Below are positions 35,018 through 44,598 of a DNA stretch of 61,993 bases, one piece after another. The stretch spans positions 1-61,993 of the forward strand of contig CAZMCA010000003.1 of assembly GCA_964564595.1 (NCBI GenBank). Direction: 5' to 3'. This DNA comes from an uncultured Caulobacteraceae bacterium. GTDB taxonomy: Bacteria > Pseudomonadota > Alphaproteobacteria > Caulobacterales > Aquidulcibacteraceae. Both the position numbers and the translations under genes were made by a program. The notes under the pieces are model-generated. The model was not told the origin of the DNA and did not search any database. It worked only from the letters and a program-made list of their open reading frames with translations. Numbering within the stretch: position 1 is the stretch's first letter; each line of letters starts with the position of its first letter.

Positions 35018-36294
35018 CACACCATGCTCTCCAGGAGACCCTTGAGCGGGATGGTGCAGAAAGCCACGGATGAATCGGCCACGCCATAGGGCATGAAGAG
35101 AAAGCCGTTCGTGGCGAGCGCGCCGCACGTATAGACGACATTCGGCACATAACCTTCGCGGCTCTCATCGGAAGGCCGCAGCAATGGCAGCGGCGTGCGC
35201 GCGAGCACTTTGCGTGGATCGGCTTTATCGAGGAGCGCGGCGCCGATCGAATACTGGCGCATCGCACCGACGCCATGCGTCAGCAGCAGCCACCCCTCTT
35301 CAAGCTCGATCGGCGGGCCGCAATTACCGATCTGAATGCGCTCCCACGCAAAGCGCGGCTCCATGATGCGCGCGCCATCGCCCCAGCGGAGGAGATCGTC
35401 CGACTCGAGAAAGTAGAGGTTCTCGTTATCCTGCCGGCCGATCACGGCGTAGCGCCCGCCGATGCGGCGCGGAAACAGCGCCATGCCCTTGCTGGCGGCG
35501 GCGCGCCCGCGCATCGGTTGCAAACGGAAGGCGCGAAAGTCGCGCGTGCTCAAAAGCTCGGAGGCGATATCGGCGCCGCTATAGGCTGTGTAGGTGCCGT
35601 AATAGATCGGGCTCTCTCCCGGTTCTGCGAACCGGACAAGCCGAAGATCTTCCAAGCCGTTGCGCTGCTGGCGTGTGAACGGGAAAATCACGCTACCGGA
35701 GAGCGAGGCGTTCTCGTGGCGTGCGACACGCACATCGTTCTCGTCGATTTCCTGCTGCGTGATGCCGTTCACCGCCATCGCGAACGGCGGCTGGACGAGC
35801 AGACTCATCGTGCCGTTGGCGTAGAGAATGCCTTCGCGAAACGCGATCGAGGAGATGTGCCCCTCCCCGACCGTCCGCAGCGACAGAACAAAGCGCACAT
35901 CGCCTGGCGCAAGGCCCGTCTGATCGGGATGCGGCACGATGCTGGGGTTCATGATCGCGGCGGCCGCGTAGGAATATTCGTGACAGAACGAGGCGCCGAT
36001 CAGCTCTTGCTTGGCGGCGCTGATCTTGGAGGGATTTAGCCCAAGCTCTTCCGCGACATGCCGGAAGCGCTCAAGGTAGATGCCTTGCGTCTGCCAATGG
36101 CGCCCGTCGAAATCGTGATCGACGAGCGCGTTTTCTTCATCGCATTCAGCGTCGCTGAGCGCGAGCACGGCATCGACGATCCGGCGCGTGCGATTGGGTT
36201 TTGCCGGGCCGCCTGGCGAAATGTGCAGCGGGCGGATCACCACGCGCGCGGGATCGGCCGTCAGCCTGATGGGCAGCGTGGTGATATCGACCAA
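35017..36294 (-). CDS. glycoside hydrolase family 130 protein (beta-mannoside phosphorylase/hydrolase-like) with an N-terminal extension of ~120 aa
   Basis: The C-terminal ~300 aa carry GH130-like blocks: 'KGMALFPRRIGGRYAVIGRQDNENLYFLESDDLLRW', 'GWLLLTHGV', 'YSIGAALLD', 'GYVPNVVYTCGAL' and 'FMPYGVADSSVAF'. The proposed TTG start at 36294 has GGAG 6 nt upstream. The track ORF (to 37125) is a shadow extension into the upstream gene. Confidence 0.7.
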   Translation of the reverse strand: MVDITTLPIRLTADPARVVIRPLHISPGGPAKPNRTRRIVDAVLALSDAECDEENALVDHDFDGRHWQTQGIYLERFRHVAEELGLNPSKISAAKQELIGASFCHEYSYAAAAIMNPSIVPHPDQTGLAPGDVRFVLSLRTVGEGHISSIAFREGILYANGTMSLLVQPPFAMAVNGITQQEIDENDVRVARHENASLSGSVIFPFTRQQRNGLEDLRLVRFAEPGESPIYYGTYTAYSGADIASELLSTRDFRAFRLQPMRGRAAASKGMALFPRRIGGRYAVIGRQDNENLYFLESDDLLRWGDGARIMEPRFAWERIQIGNCGPPIELEEGWLLLTHGVGAMRQYSIGAALLDKADPRKVLARTPLPLLRPSDESREGYVPNVVYTCGALATNGFLFMPYGVADSSVAFCTIPLKGLLESMV

Positions 36295-36307
36295 GTGCGG
36301 CTCCGCG

Positions 36308-38638
36308 TCAGCGCGCCAATGTCTCTTTCGCTGGCTCGCGCTTGGCGGCGCGCACCAGCGTGTGCATGGAAAACAGCGCTTGCTGGAAGGCAAGCACCGA
36401 TTCAGCGCCGCGATTGAGGTTCGGCCCGCCGCGGCCGAGACCGTCATAACAATCGCCGGTCTTCGGATCGGCGAGCGGCTGCGCCAGATCGTTTTCGCCC
36501 AAGAACCAGTCGAACGCGCGATGCGCTTCGCCAATCCAGCGCGCATCGCCATCGAGCGCGTACGCTGCCGCGCACGCTTCGACCGCCGCGAGCGCTTCGA
36601 GCGGCTGCTGATCGAACGGCGATGGATCGGCGTAAGGCTTGCCGAAGCTCTCCGACCCGACCGCGCGGAACACGCCGCCCGCGCCCGTGTGCTTGGCGCA
36701 CAGCCAATGCAGCGCGGCGAGACCGGCCTCGCCAAGCGCAGGCGCATCGAGAACCTTGGCGGCGCGCAACAGCGCCTCTGGCAAGCGCGCATTGTCGTAC
36801 CCAAGCGTGGGCTCAAACCAGACCCAGCCCTCGCGGCGGTTTTCGGCGAGCTGCGCGGCGATGTGTGCGGCGTTGGCAGCCAAGGTCTCGCGCGCCAGTC
36901 CGTGACCGGCGCGTCCTTCCAGATAGGCAGCGCAGGCGAGCGCCACGAAGGCGCGCGTGCGCAGCGGCGTAAGCTGAGCCGCATGCGGCAGCGCCCGCTC
37001 GAACAGAGCCGACGCCCATTGCGCATAGTCTTCGCCAAGCTCGCCTTGCGCAGCGATGGCGAGCGAGAGAAGCGCGCGGCCAAAGCTATCGCACGAGCCG
37101 CGCTCTTCCAGCCAGCGCCGGTCAAAGCTCATGAAGTTTCGGAAGCAGCCGCCATCGTCATTCCAGGCGTGTTGGATGAACGCGGCGTAGTGGCTCGCAC
37201 GCTCCAGCGCGCGATCTGCATCGGCGCCAGCGGCGCGGGCTTGCGCCATCAGCATCAGCGCGCGCGCGTTATCGTCCGTGCAATAGCCGTGGCGGCGATC
37301 GGGCACGCAATAGACGCCATGCTGAAGAATGCCGGTGGAATCGCTCATGCGAAACACGGCGTCGAGACGCGGGCGCGGCAACACGCGCGGCGCGGGCGGC
37401 GGCGTGCGGCGATCTTCGGCGCGGGCGAGCGCAAAGAGTTGAAGATAAGAATCGGCCGAGCGCGACCAGGTGGTGGCGCGGCCTGCGGCGTAGGCGTTGG
37501 CGCGGATTTCGTCGCGGCGGCGATCGTCCGTCAGCAAATTGACGATCTCGCGCGCGAGCGCATCGCTGTCACCGAACGGTGTCAGCACGCCGCGATCGTC
37601 CGCGAGCAACTCGGCGGCATGCCAGTACGGCGTGGAGACGACCGGTTTGCCAAGCGCAACAGCGTAAGCCAGCGTGCCGGACGTCGCCTGCGCTTCATTG
37701 AGATAGGGCGTGACGTAGACATCGCACGCCGAGAGATAACCGAGCAGCATGTCGGTATCGACGTAGGCGTTGAGGAAGAGCACGTTGTCCGCGACGCCCA
37801 GCTCTTCCGCGAGCTTGGCCAGCCCCTCCCGGTACGCCTCGCCGTTTTCGGCGACGATGTTTGGGTGCGTGGCGCCCAGGATCACGTAAAGCGCATTCGG
37901 GCGCGCGGCGACGACGCGCGGCAAGGCGCGGATCATCACGTCGATCCCCTTGCCGGGCGACAGGAGGCCGAACGTCAACAGCACGTCGCGCTGCGAGAGA
38001 CCGAGGGCCGCTTTGTGCGCTGTGCTTTCGGTGAACGGACGGTCGGGCGCGCCGTGCGGCGCGACGGCGATCTTGCGCGAGGGCACGTCGTACACATCCA
38101 TCAGGATGCGCCGCCCGCGTTCGGACATCACAACCAGACGATGCGAGCGCGCGATCAGCCGCTGCATCACGCGGCGCTGATCCGGGTTCGGCGCCGAGAG
38201 CACGGTGTGCAGCGTGGTGACCACGGGCTTGCGGAGCTTTTCGAGGAAGATCAGCAGATGCGCGCCGGCCGGGCCGCCAAAGATGCCGAACTCATGCTGG
38301 ATGGAGACAACGTCAACGCTCGAAGCATTGATGCGCGCGGCGGCCTCGGCGTAAGCGGCGGGATCATCGGCGGGAACCGTCATCGCAACATCCGGCGGAT
38401 AGGCGTGGCCGCGGCCGTCGTCCATCGCGTAGATCGCGGCCTTCATGCGGGGCTCGGCGCTGGTGAGCGCGGTGAAGAGATCGCTGGTGAACGTCGCGAT
38501 GCCGCAGCGCCGGGGCGGAAAATTTCCGAGGATCGCCAGCGAGATGGCCTGAGGCGGGGCATGCGAAGCAACCTGGGGCGGCGCCAAGCGGAGGGGCGCG
38601 GCGTTGCGCGCGGCTTTGGCGTTTGCCAGGTCGAGCAT
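36308..38638 (-). CDS. glycosyltransferase family 4 (GT-B) fused to a ~370-aa C-terminal helical domain (possibly an alpha/alpha-toroid)
   Basis: The N-terminal half reads 'LAILGNFPPRRCGIATFTSDL...IQHEFGIFGG...LLTFGLLSPGKGID...VTPYLNEAQATSGTLAYAVALGKPVVST' (GT4 E-x7-E-like region). The C-terminal half is Trp/Ala-rich and helical ('GYCTDDNARALML', 'WFEPTLGYDNARLPEALL', 'NLNRGAESVLAF'). GAAGGA SD before the ATG at 38638. Confidence 0.7.
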   Translation of the reverse strand: MLDLANAKAARNAAPLRLAPPQVASHAPPQAISLAILGNFPPRRCGIATFTSDLFTALTSAEPRMKAAIYAMDDGRGHAYPPDVAMTVPADDPAAYAEAAARINASSVDVVSIQHEFGIFGGPAGAHLLIFLEKLRKPVVTTLHTVLSAPNPDQRRVMQRLIARSHRLVVMSERGRRILMDVYDVPSRKIAVAPHGAPDRPFTESTAHKAALGLSQRDVLLTFGLLSPGKGIDVMIRALPRVVAARPNALYVILGATHPNIVAENGEAYREGLAKLAEELGVADNVLFLNAYVDTDMLLGYLSACDVYVTPYLNEAQATSGTLAYAVALGKPVVSTPYWHAAELLADDRGVLTPFGDSDALAREIVNLLTDDRRRDEIRANAYAAGRATTWSRSADSYLQLFALARAEDRRTPPPAPRVLPRPRLDAVFRMSDSTGILQHGVYCVPDRRHGYCTDDNARALMLMAQARAAGADADRALERASHYAAFIQHAWNDDGGCFRNFMSFDRRWLEERGSCDSFGRALLSLAIAAQGELGEDYAQWASALFERALPHAAQLTPLRTRAFVALACAAYLEGRAGHGLARETLAANAAHIAAQLAENRREGWVWFEPTLGYDNARLPEALLRAAKVLDAPALGEAGLAALHWLCAKHTGAGGVFRAVGSESFGKPYADPSPFDQQPLEALAAVEACAAAYALDGDARWIGEAHRAFDWFLGENDLAQPLADPKTGDCYDGLGRGGPNLNRGAESVLAFQQALFSMHTLVRAAKREPAKETLAR

Positions 38639-38724
38639 GGGCGATCCTTCGTGCTGCGGGGCTATCGACCTTTCCCAACGCACGACGGCGCTCTTCGGCG
38701 CCGCACAAAAATACCGGGAACACG

Positions 38725-38750
38725 AAAAAGGGCGCGCCGCGGCGCGCCCT
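38725..38750 (-). terminator. rho-independent terminator downstream of the TonB-dependent receptor gene
   Basis: On the minus strand, 'AGGGCGCGCC-GC-GGCGCGCCCT' forms a GC-rich hairpin followed immediately by TTTTT. Confidence 0.75.
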
Positions 38751-38773
38751 CCTCCGTTTGCTCGCCTACGCGC

Positions 38774-41011
38774 TTAGCGCCGGTACGCGACGCGCACCCC
38801 AAACGTGCGCGGCAGGCCGGGCGCCGCGATTGGTGTTACGTCCGCGGCGGCGAAGAAGTTGCGCGTCTCGTGATATTCCTCGTCGAGCAGATTGCGGCCC
38901 CACAGCCCAAACTCCCACGGACCATCGGTCGGCCGCACGGAGAGGTTGGCGTTCACGAGCCAATAGTCCGGCACGCCGTAGCCTTCGCCGAATGTCGGCT
39001 TCAGGAGCGGCGGATCGGTTTCGCCGCGATAGGAATAATCGACCGAGCCCGACCATTCCCAATTGGCGCCGACCGCGCCCTGGTAAGCGAGCGAGCCATT
39101 GTAGGTGAGCTCAGGCGGGCCGAGACGCTCGCCATTGGCGTTGCGGCCGACCGGCGTGCCGGAGGCGTTGCTCGCGGCGATGTCGAGGATCAGGAAGTCC
39201 TCGTCGAATTCGCCGTTCTGGTAACCGATCGCTTGCGTGATGGTGAGCGCCTCGATCGGGCGCCACACGAGTTCGAGTTCGGCGCCATAGATGCGGCTCG
39301 AAGGCGCGTTGGTGATGCGGCCCACGGCGGCATTGTTGGCCGCGATGAAGAGCGCGTTCTGCACCTGCTGATCGGTATAGTCGTAGTAGAAGAGCGCGCC
39401 GTTGAGCCGCAGCGTGCGGTCGATCAGCTCGCTCTTGAACCCGACTTCGTAGGCGACGAGCACTTCGGGATCGAACGCATCGACCGCATCAGGGCTGAAT
39501 GAATTGTACGCGGTGAAGCCGCCCGATTTCACGCCGCGGCTGATCGAAGCGTAGTACAGGAGATCGTCCGTTGGCGTCCATTCCAGCGCCACGCGGCCAG
39601 AGACTTCCTGCATCTCCGTCGTGTTGTTTTGCAGCGGAATGACCGCGCCGCCTGCGAAGTTCGTCGTGAAATCGACGAGACGCCGCTCTTCATCCTCGTA
39701 GCGAATGCCGGCCACGAGATTGAGCGTCGGCGCGACCTGGTACTCGATCTGCGCGAAGATCGCGGCCGTATCGACCTCTTGCGAATACGGCGTCGAGAGC
39801 GAGGCGATCGGGCCAAAGCTGTCGCCGAAATCCGACTCGTAATTGTCGGTCAGTTCCTCGTCGCCGAAATAGACGCCGACGATCCAATCGAACGCGTTGT
39901 CGCCGTTCGACGCAAGGCGGATTTCGTTCTGGGTGACGCTGGCTTCGCTGGTGAAGAGCGTGCCGGCCACCGCGAGCGGCAGAGCATCCCAATCGTTCAA
40001 CTCGCGGCGATCGAGATGTTCGTGGCTCAGGATGTAGGTAAGCGTCGCGCCGCCGAAATCGTACCGCGTCGTCAGGCTCGCGCCCGCGCCTTCATTGTCT
40101 CGGAAGGGCGCGGTGTTCTGCGCAAGGCCGGTCTGCGCCGCGAACGCGGGCGAAAACCCCCAGCTGGTCTGATCGTGCTCATGGGCGATCGTGGCCGGGA
40201 TCACCGGCAGGCCCGGGCCGCCGGGCGCAGGCGTCGCCGGCAGGTTCTTGAAGAGGATGAGCCCAAGGCCGTCCGATTGATCGCGGAAGCCGTGCAGGTT
40301 CAGGAGGAACTCAAGATTGTCCGTCGCGGGCAGTAGGAACTGGCCGCGCAGCGCGATGCGATCAGCGTCGCCAAGCTCGGCGCCGGTTTCACGATTGGTC
40401 TGCCACGCGCCGCCTTGCGCGAACGCGCCGGAGATGCGCGCCGCGGCGCCGCCGCCGAGCGCCCAGTTCACATAGCCTTCGCCGCGCACCGCATCGTAAT
40501 TGCCGTACTCGGCGTTGAAGCCGGCCGCGAATTCATCGCGCGGGCGCGCACTGATCACGTTGATCGCCCCGCCCGTCGTGTTGCGCCCGTAGAGCGTACC
40601 CTGCGGCCCGCGCAGCACTTCGACGCGCTCGACATCGAACAGCACGCCTTGCGTCATGATCGGGAGCGTGTAGGCGACCTCATCGACATAGACGCCGACC
40701 GTCGGAGCATTGTTCGACGCGTAATCGCGAAAGCCCACGCCGCGCAGCGAGTAAGACGGCTGGCCGCCGCCGAACTGGCTTTCGACTTCAAGGCTGGGCG
40801 CGAGGTTCTCAAGCCCGTTGACCGTCGTCACGCCCTGCTCGAGCAATTGCTGGCCAGAGAGAACGGAGACGGCGAGGCCAACGTCCTGCACGTTCTGCTC
40901 GCGCCGCTGCGCGGTGACGATGATCTCGGTCCCGTCCGCGTCTTGCGCGTAGGCCGCGCTTCCGGTGAACGCAATCGCCGCAACCGCGACGGACAACAAA
41001 AGCCGCTTCAT
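38774..41011 (-). CDS. TonB-dependent receptor
   Basis: Signal peptide 'MKRLLLSVAVAAIAFTGSAAYAQ'. Plug region 'IIVTAQRREQNVQDVGLAVSVL' and 'VEVLRGPQGTLYGRNTTGGAINV'. C-terminal 'RVAYRR'. Confidence 0.9.
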   Translation of the reverse strand: MKRLLLSVAVAAIAFTGSAAYAQDADGTEIIVTAQRREQNVQDVGLAVSVLSGQQLLEQGVTTVNGLENLAPSLEVESQFGGGQPSYSLRGVGFRDYASNNAPTVGVYVDEVAYTLPIMTQGVLFDVERVEVLRGPQGTLYGRNTTGGAINVISARPRDEFAAGFNAEYGNYDAVRGEGYVNWALGGGAAARISGAFAQGGAWQTNRETGAELGDADRIALRGQFLLPATDNLEFLLNLHGFRDQSDGLGLILFKNLPATPAPGGPGLPVIPATIAHEHDQTSWGFSPAFAAQTGLAQNTAPFRDNEGAGASLTTRYDFGGATLTYILSHEHLDRRELNDWDALPLAVAGTLFTSEASVTQNEIRLASNGDNAFDWIVGVYFGDEELTDNYESDFGDSFGPIASLSTPYSQEVDTAAIFAQIEYQVAPTLNLVAGIRYEDEERRLVDFTTNFAGGAVIPLQNNTTEMQEVSGRVALEWTPTDDLLYYASISRGVKSGGFTAYNSFSPDAVDAFDPEVLVAYEVGFKSELIDRTLRLNGALFYYDYTDQQVQNALFIAANNAAVGRITNAPSSRIYGAELELVWRPIEALTITQAIGYQNGEFDEDFLILDIAASNASGTPVGRNANGERLGPPELTYNGSLAYQGAVGANWEWSGSVDYSYRGETDPPLLKPTFGEGYGVPDYWLVNANLSVRPTDGPWEFGLWGRNLLDEEYHETRNFFAAADVTPIAAPGLPRTFGVRVAYRR

Positions 41012-41059
41012 CTAAAGACCCCTCGCATTCTGCGCTGGCCGCTATACTGGCCGGGTTCG

Positions 41060-42382
41060 CTACGCCACGTCCCTTAAGACCTTCTCAATCGTGGAGAAGG
41101 TTTCGTCGAGTTCATCCGCCGTCCCGTTCAGGAATGGCGCAAATTGCAACACATCGCCGCCGTTACGAACCATCAACCCTGCTTCGAACGCGCGCACATG
41201 CACTTCGAACCCGCGTGCGCCGGGCGCTCCTTGGCGCGGCGCCAGCTCGATCGCGCCCATAAGGCCGAAATTTCGGATATCGATCACGTTGGGGGCGCCC
41301 CGCAGCTGATGGATCCTTTCCGCAAACGCAGGCTCCAACGCGCGTGCGCCGTCGAACGAATTCTCCTCTGAGTAGATTTCGAGCGTCGCGATCGCGGCGG
41401 CGACGGCGGCGGGGTGCCCCGAATAGGTGTAGCCGTGGAAGAACTCGATCGCGTGCGGCGGGCCCTGCATGAAGGCGTCGTAGATGTGCTGGCCTGCGAT
41501 CACCGCGCCCATCGGAATGACGCCGTTGGTGAGCCCCTTCGCAGTGCAGATGAGATCGGGCGTTACGCCAAAACGCTCCGCCGCAAACGCTGCGCCGACG
41601 CGGCCAAACCCGGTGATCACCTCGTCGAAGATCAGGAGAATGTCGTGCGCGGTGCAAAGCGCGCGCAAACGTTCGAGATAGCCTTGTGGCGGCGGGATGA
41701 CGCCCGTCGAGCCTGCAACGGGCTCGACGATCACAGCCGCGATGCTGTCGGCGCCATGCACGCGCACGTGGTGCTCTAGCGCATCGGCAAGCTCCGCGCC
41801 GTGTTTGGGAAGGCCGTGCGAAAATGCGTTGCGCTTGAGATCGAGCGTCGCCGGTAAATGGGAGACGTTTGGCAGCAGCGCGCCAGCATAGACGCTGCGG
41901 TTCGCCAGAATGCCGCCGACCGAAACGCCGCCGAAGTTCACGCCATGATAGCCGCGCTCGCGGCCGATCAGCCGCTTCTTCTGCGGCTTGCCGCGCGCAT
42001 GCTGGTACGCCAGCGCGATCTTGAGCGCGGTTTCGACGGCTTCTGAACCAGAGTTGGTGAAGAACGCGCGCGTCATCCCTTCTGGGGCGAGCGCTGTCAG
42101 CCGCGTGGCGAGGTCGAACGCGCCGGGATGGCCGATCTGAAACGCCGGGGCATAGTCGAGAGTCTCCAACTGGCGGCGCACCGCTTCGATGATCTGCGGC
42201 CGGCCATGCCCGAGTCCCGTGGTCCAGAGGCCGGAGAACGCGTCGAGCACGCGCGCGCCGTCTGGCGTCTTGTACTCGTGGCCGGAAGCGGAGGCGACGA
42301 GGCGCGGCGCATCCTTGAAGGCGCGGTTTGCCGTAAACGGCATCCAATAGGCGTCAAAGCCAAGCGTGTTGCGGCGATCCAT
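41060..42382 (-). CDS. class III (omega-type) PLP-dependent aminotransferase
   Basis: 'FTNSGSEAVETALKIA', 'LLIFDEVITGFGRVG' and 'ICTAKGLTNG' (Schiff-base Lys context). 440 aa. Confidence 0.85.
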   Translation of the reverse strand: MDRRNTLGFDAYWMPFTANRAFKDAPRLVASASGHEYKTPDGARVLDAFSGLWTTGLGHGRPQIIEAVRRQLETLDYAPAFQIGHPGAFDLATRLTALAPEGMTRAFFTNSGSEAVETALKIALAYQHARGKPQKKRLIGRERGYHGVNFGGVSVGGILANRSVYAGALLPNVSHLPATLDLKRNAFSHGLPKHGAELADALEHHVRVHGADSIAAVIVEPVAGSTGVIPPPQGYLERLRALCTAHDILLIFDEVITGFGRVGAAFAAERFGVTPDLICTAKGLTNGVIPMGAVIAGQHIYDAFMQGPPHAIEFFHGYTYSGHPAAVAAAIATLEIYSEENSFDGARALEPAFAERIHQLRGAPNVIDIRNFGLMGAIELAPRQGAPGARGFEVHVRAFEAGLMVRNGGDVLQFAPFLNGTADELDETFSTIEKVLRDVA

Positions 42383-42526
42383 GGGGCCAATCCTCTGCCC
42401 CGCACTCTCGCGCCGCCGCCGCGTGCGCGCAAGAAAGCTTCACCCCGCCGGCGCTTGAGAACGGCTAAAGCTCCGCTGCGGCGCCATGCCTTCGCGCGGG
42501 GCGGCGCGAAGTGGTAGCCTCAAGGC

Positions 42527-43855
42527 ATGAGCAGCGATTTTCTTGGCAACGCAATCAGCGTCGGCGATCCCGTCGCGATCGACGAGTTCGTCGACGGCTT
42601 CCTGAGCTACGAGGCGCGCGCCGCGAACGTTCTGCGCGCCGCCGAGGCCGCCCCGGAGAGCGCCCTTCTAAACGCCTACGCCGCCGCGCTCTGGATGTTC
42701 CTGGAAGCGCCGGGCGCAGCGGCGAAGGCCGCGCCCTTTCTGGCCCGTGCAGACGCCGCCATGCACGCAACGCCGCGCGAGCGGATGACGGCCGCGTTCG
42801 TGCGGGCCTGGAGCGAAGACGACATCGCGCGCGCGCTTGCGATCGGGGCGGAGCTCAACGCGGCCCACCCGCGCGACCTGACGGTGCTGAAGCTACGGCA
42901 GTACCTGCAATTCAACCACGGCGATTTTCCCGCCATGCTCGCCGCCGCATCTGGTGTGTTCGATGCGAACCGCGACGTTGCGCAGATGCACGGCATGATC
43001 GCGTTTGCCTATGAGCAGTGCCATCTGCTCAATGAGTCGGAGGCCGCTGCGCGAGAAGCGCTGCGGCTAAAGGCAAAGGAACCGTGGGCGCAGCACGCGC
43101 TCGCGCATGTCATGCTGACGCAAGGGCGGATCGGTGAAGGCGCGGCGTTTCTTGAAGGCGCCGCGCCCACTTGGACCGAACTGAACTCCTTCATGGTGAC
43201 GCACCAGTACTGGCACCTAGCGCTATTCTATCTCAGCCAAGGCAAGTTCGCTGACGCTTTGCGGCTCTATGATGAGAACGTATGGGGCGTCGACAAAGGC
43301 TATACGCAGGATCAGGTCGGCGCTGTTTCGCTGCTGGCGCGCCTCGAGATTGCGGACGTCGATGTCGGGCCGCGGTGGGTGGAGCTGGCCGAACACCTCG
43401 CGCCACGCGCGGGCGATGTGGTGCTGCCGTTCCTGACACTGCAATACCTCTACGGCCTGGCGCGCGCTGAGCGGCGCGAAGCGGACGCACTCATGGCCGC
43501 GGTGCGCACAAAGGCCGGGACAGACGCGGTGTGGCGCGATGTGGCTTTGCCGGCGGCGGAAGGTCTGCTCGCGCACGCGCGCGGCGATCACGAAGGCGCG
43601 GTGGAAAAGCTCGGCGCAGCGCTGCCCAAGCTTTATCTTACCGGCGGCAGCCACGCGCAGCGCGACCTGTTTGAGCAGATATGGATCGACGCGCTGATCC
43701 GCGCGGGGCGCTACGTGCCCGCACAGCAGGCGCTGGAGCTGCGGCGCAAGATGGACCCCGATGGCGCCGTGGTGAACGCAGCGCTCGCACGCGTCTATCG
43801 CAAGCTCGATCTGCCAGCGCAGGCCGCGCAAGCGGCGACGCGCCTTCCGGCTTAG
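42527..43855 (+). CDS. tetratricopeptide-repeat protein (TTC38-like family, function unknown)
   Basis: Repeated helical TPR-like units. 'WAQHALAHVMLTQGR' and 'THQYWHLALFYL' resemble the TTC38 family as I recall it. Confidence 0.55.
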   Translation: MSSDFLGNAISVGDPVAIDEFVDGFLSYEARAANVLRAAEAAPESALLNAYAAALWMFLEAPGAAAKAAPFLARADAAMHATPRERMTAAFVRAWSEDDIARALAIGAELNAAHPRDLTVLKLRQYLQFNHGDFPAMLAAASGVFDANRDVAQMHGMIAFAYEQCHLLNESEAAAREALRLKAKEPWAQHALAHVMLTQGRIGEGAAFLEGAAPTWTELNSFMVTHQYWHLALFYLSQGKFADALRLYDENVWGVDKGYTQDQVGAVSLLARLEIADVDVGPRWVELAEHLAPRAGDVVLPFLTLQYLYGLARAERREADALMAAVRTKAGTDAVWRDVALPAAEGLLAHARGDHEGAVEKLGAALPKLYLTGGSHAQRDLFEQIWIDALIRAGRYVPAQQALELRRKMDPDGAVVNAALARVYRKLDLPAQAAQAATRLPA

Positions 43856-44598
43856 ATCGTCCGCCCGCCGTCCACTTCGAGGGCGACGCCGGTGATCATG
43901 CTCGCTTCGTCCGAGCACAGGAAACACGCGGCGCTGGCGATATCCTGCGGCGTCGAGAACCGGCCGAGCGGGATCGAGGCCAGGAACTTGGCGCGCACCT
44001 CCGGGGTATCGCCGCCCATGAATGTCGCGAGCAGCGGCGTTTCGCCCGCGACGGGGTTGAGCGCGTTCACACGCACGCCGAACGGCGCAAGCTCCACCGC
44101 CATCGCACGCGTCGCTGTGATCATCCAGCCCTTGCTGGCGTTGTACCAGGTCAAGTTCGGGCGCGGGCTGACACCGCCCGTGGATGCGACATTGAGGATC
44201 GCGCCCGCGCGCGCGGCCTTCATCGCCGGCGCAAACGCGCGCGCCATGAGATAGACGGACTTGGCGTTGACGGCGATCAGCCGATCGAACGTTGCTTCAT
44301 CGATCTCGTCGAGCGGTGTGGGGCGATGGCCAATGCCGGCGTTGTTGACGACAATGTCAACGCCGCCAAACGCACGATCCGAGGCTGCTTTCAGCGCCGC
44401 GACGCTCGCAGCGCTCGACACATCGCACGCGTGTGTTTCCGCGCCGGTTTCGCGCGCAAGCGCGCGCGCGGCGTCTTCGTTCAGATCGGCGATCAGCACA
44501 CGCGCGCCCTCTTCGGCGAAACGGCGCACGATGCCCTCCCCAAAGCCTGATGCGCCGCCCGTCACGATTGCGCGTTTGCCCGCCAGCCGATCACCCAT
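43852..44598 (-). CDS. SDR family oxidoreductase
   Basis: 'AIVTGGASGFGEG' cofactor motif, 'NNAG' and 'YNASKGW' catalytic Tyr-x3-Lys. 248 aa. Confidence 0.9.
   Translation of the reverse strand: MGDRLAGKRAIVTGGASGFGEGIVRRFAEEGARVLIADLNEDAARALARETGAETHACDVSSAASVAALKAASDRAFGGVDIVVNNAGIGHRPTPLDEIDEATFDRLIAVNAKSVYLMARAFAPAMKAARAGAILNVASTGGVSPRPNLTWYNASKGWMITATRAMAVELAPFGVRVNALNPVAGETPLLATFMGGDTPEVRAKFLASIPLGRFSTPQDIASAACFLCSDEASMITGVALEVDGGRTI

Noticed and set aside
35017-37125. Track ORF suggests a 702-aa protein for the GH130 gene. Similar long N-terminal extensions appear for 53485-55626, 47604-48923, 59603-61006, 16104-16985, 16588-18552 and 34520-35128.
   Set aside because: The extended N-terminal parts overlap the upstream gene in another frame and are low-complexity. 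Internal start codons with an SD or an ATGA/GTGA stop-start overlap give proteins of normal family length. I therefore trimmed the starts.
36188-39502. Very long plus-strand ORF (1104 aa) spanning the GT4 gene and part of the TonB receptor gene
   Set aside because: It is antisense to two genes with clear family signatures. Its translation is Arg/Ala/Gly-rich low-complexity sequence with no motifs. This is a typical shadow ORF of high-GC DNA, where stop codons are rare in off-frames.
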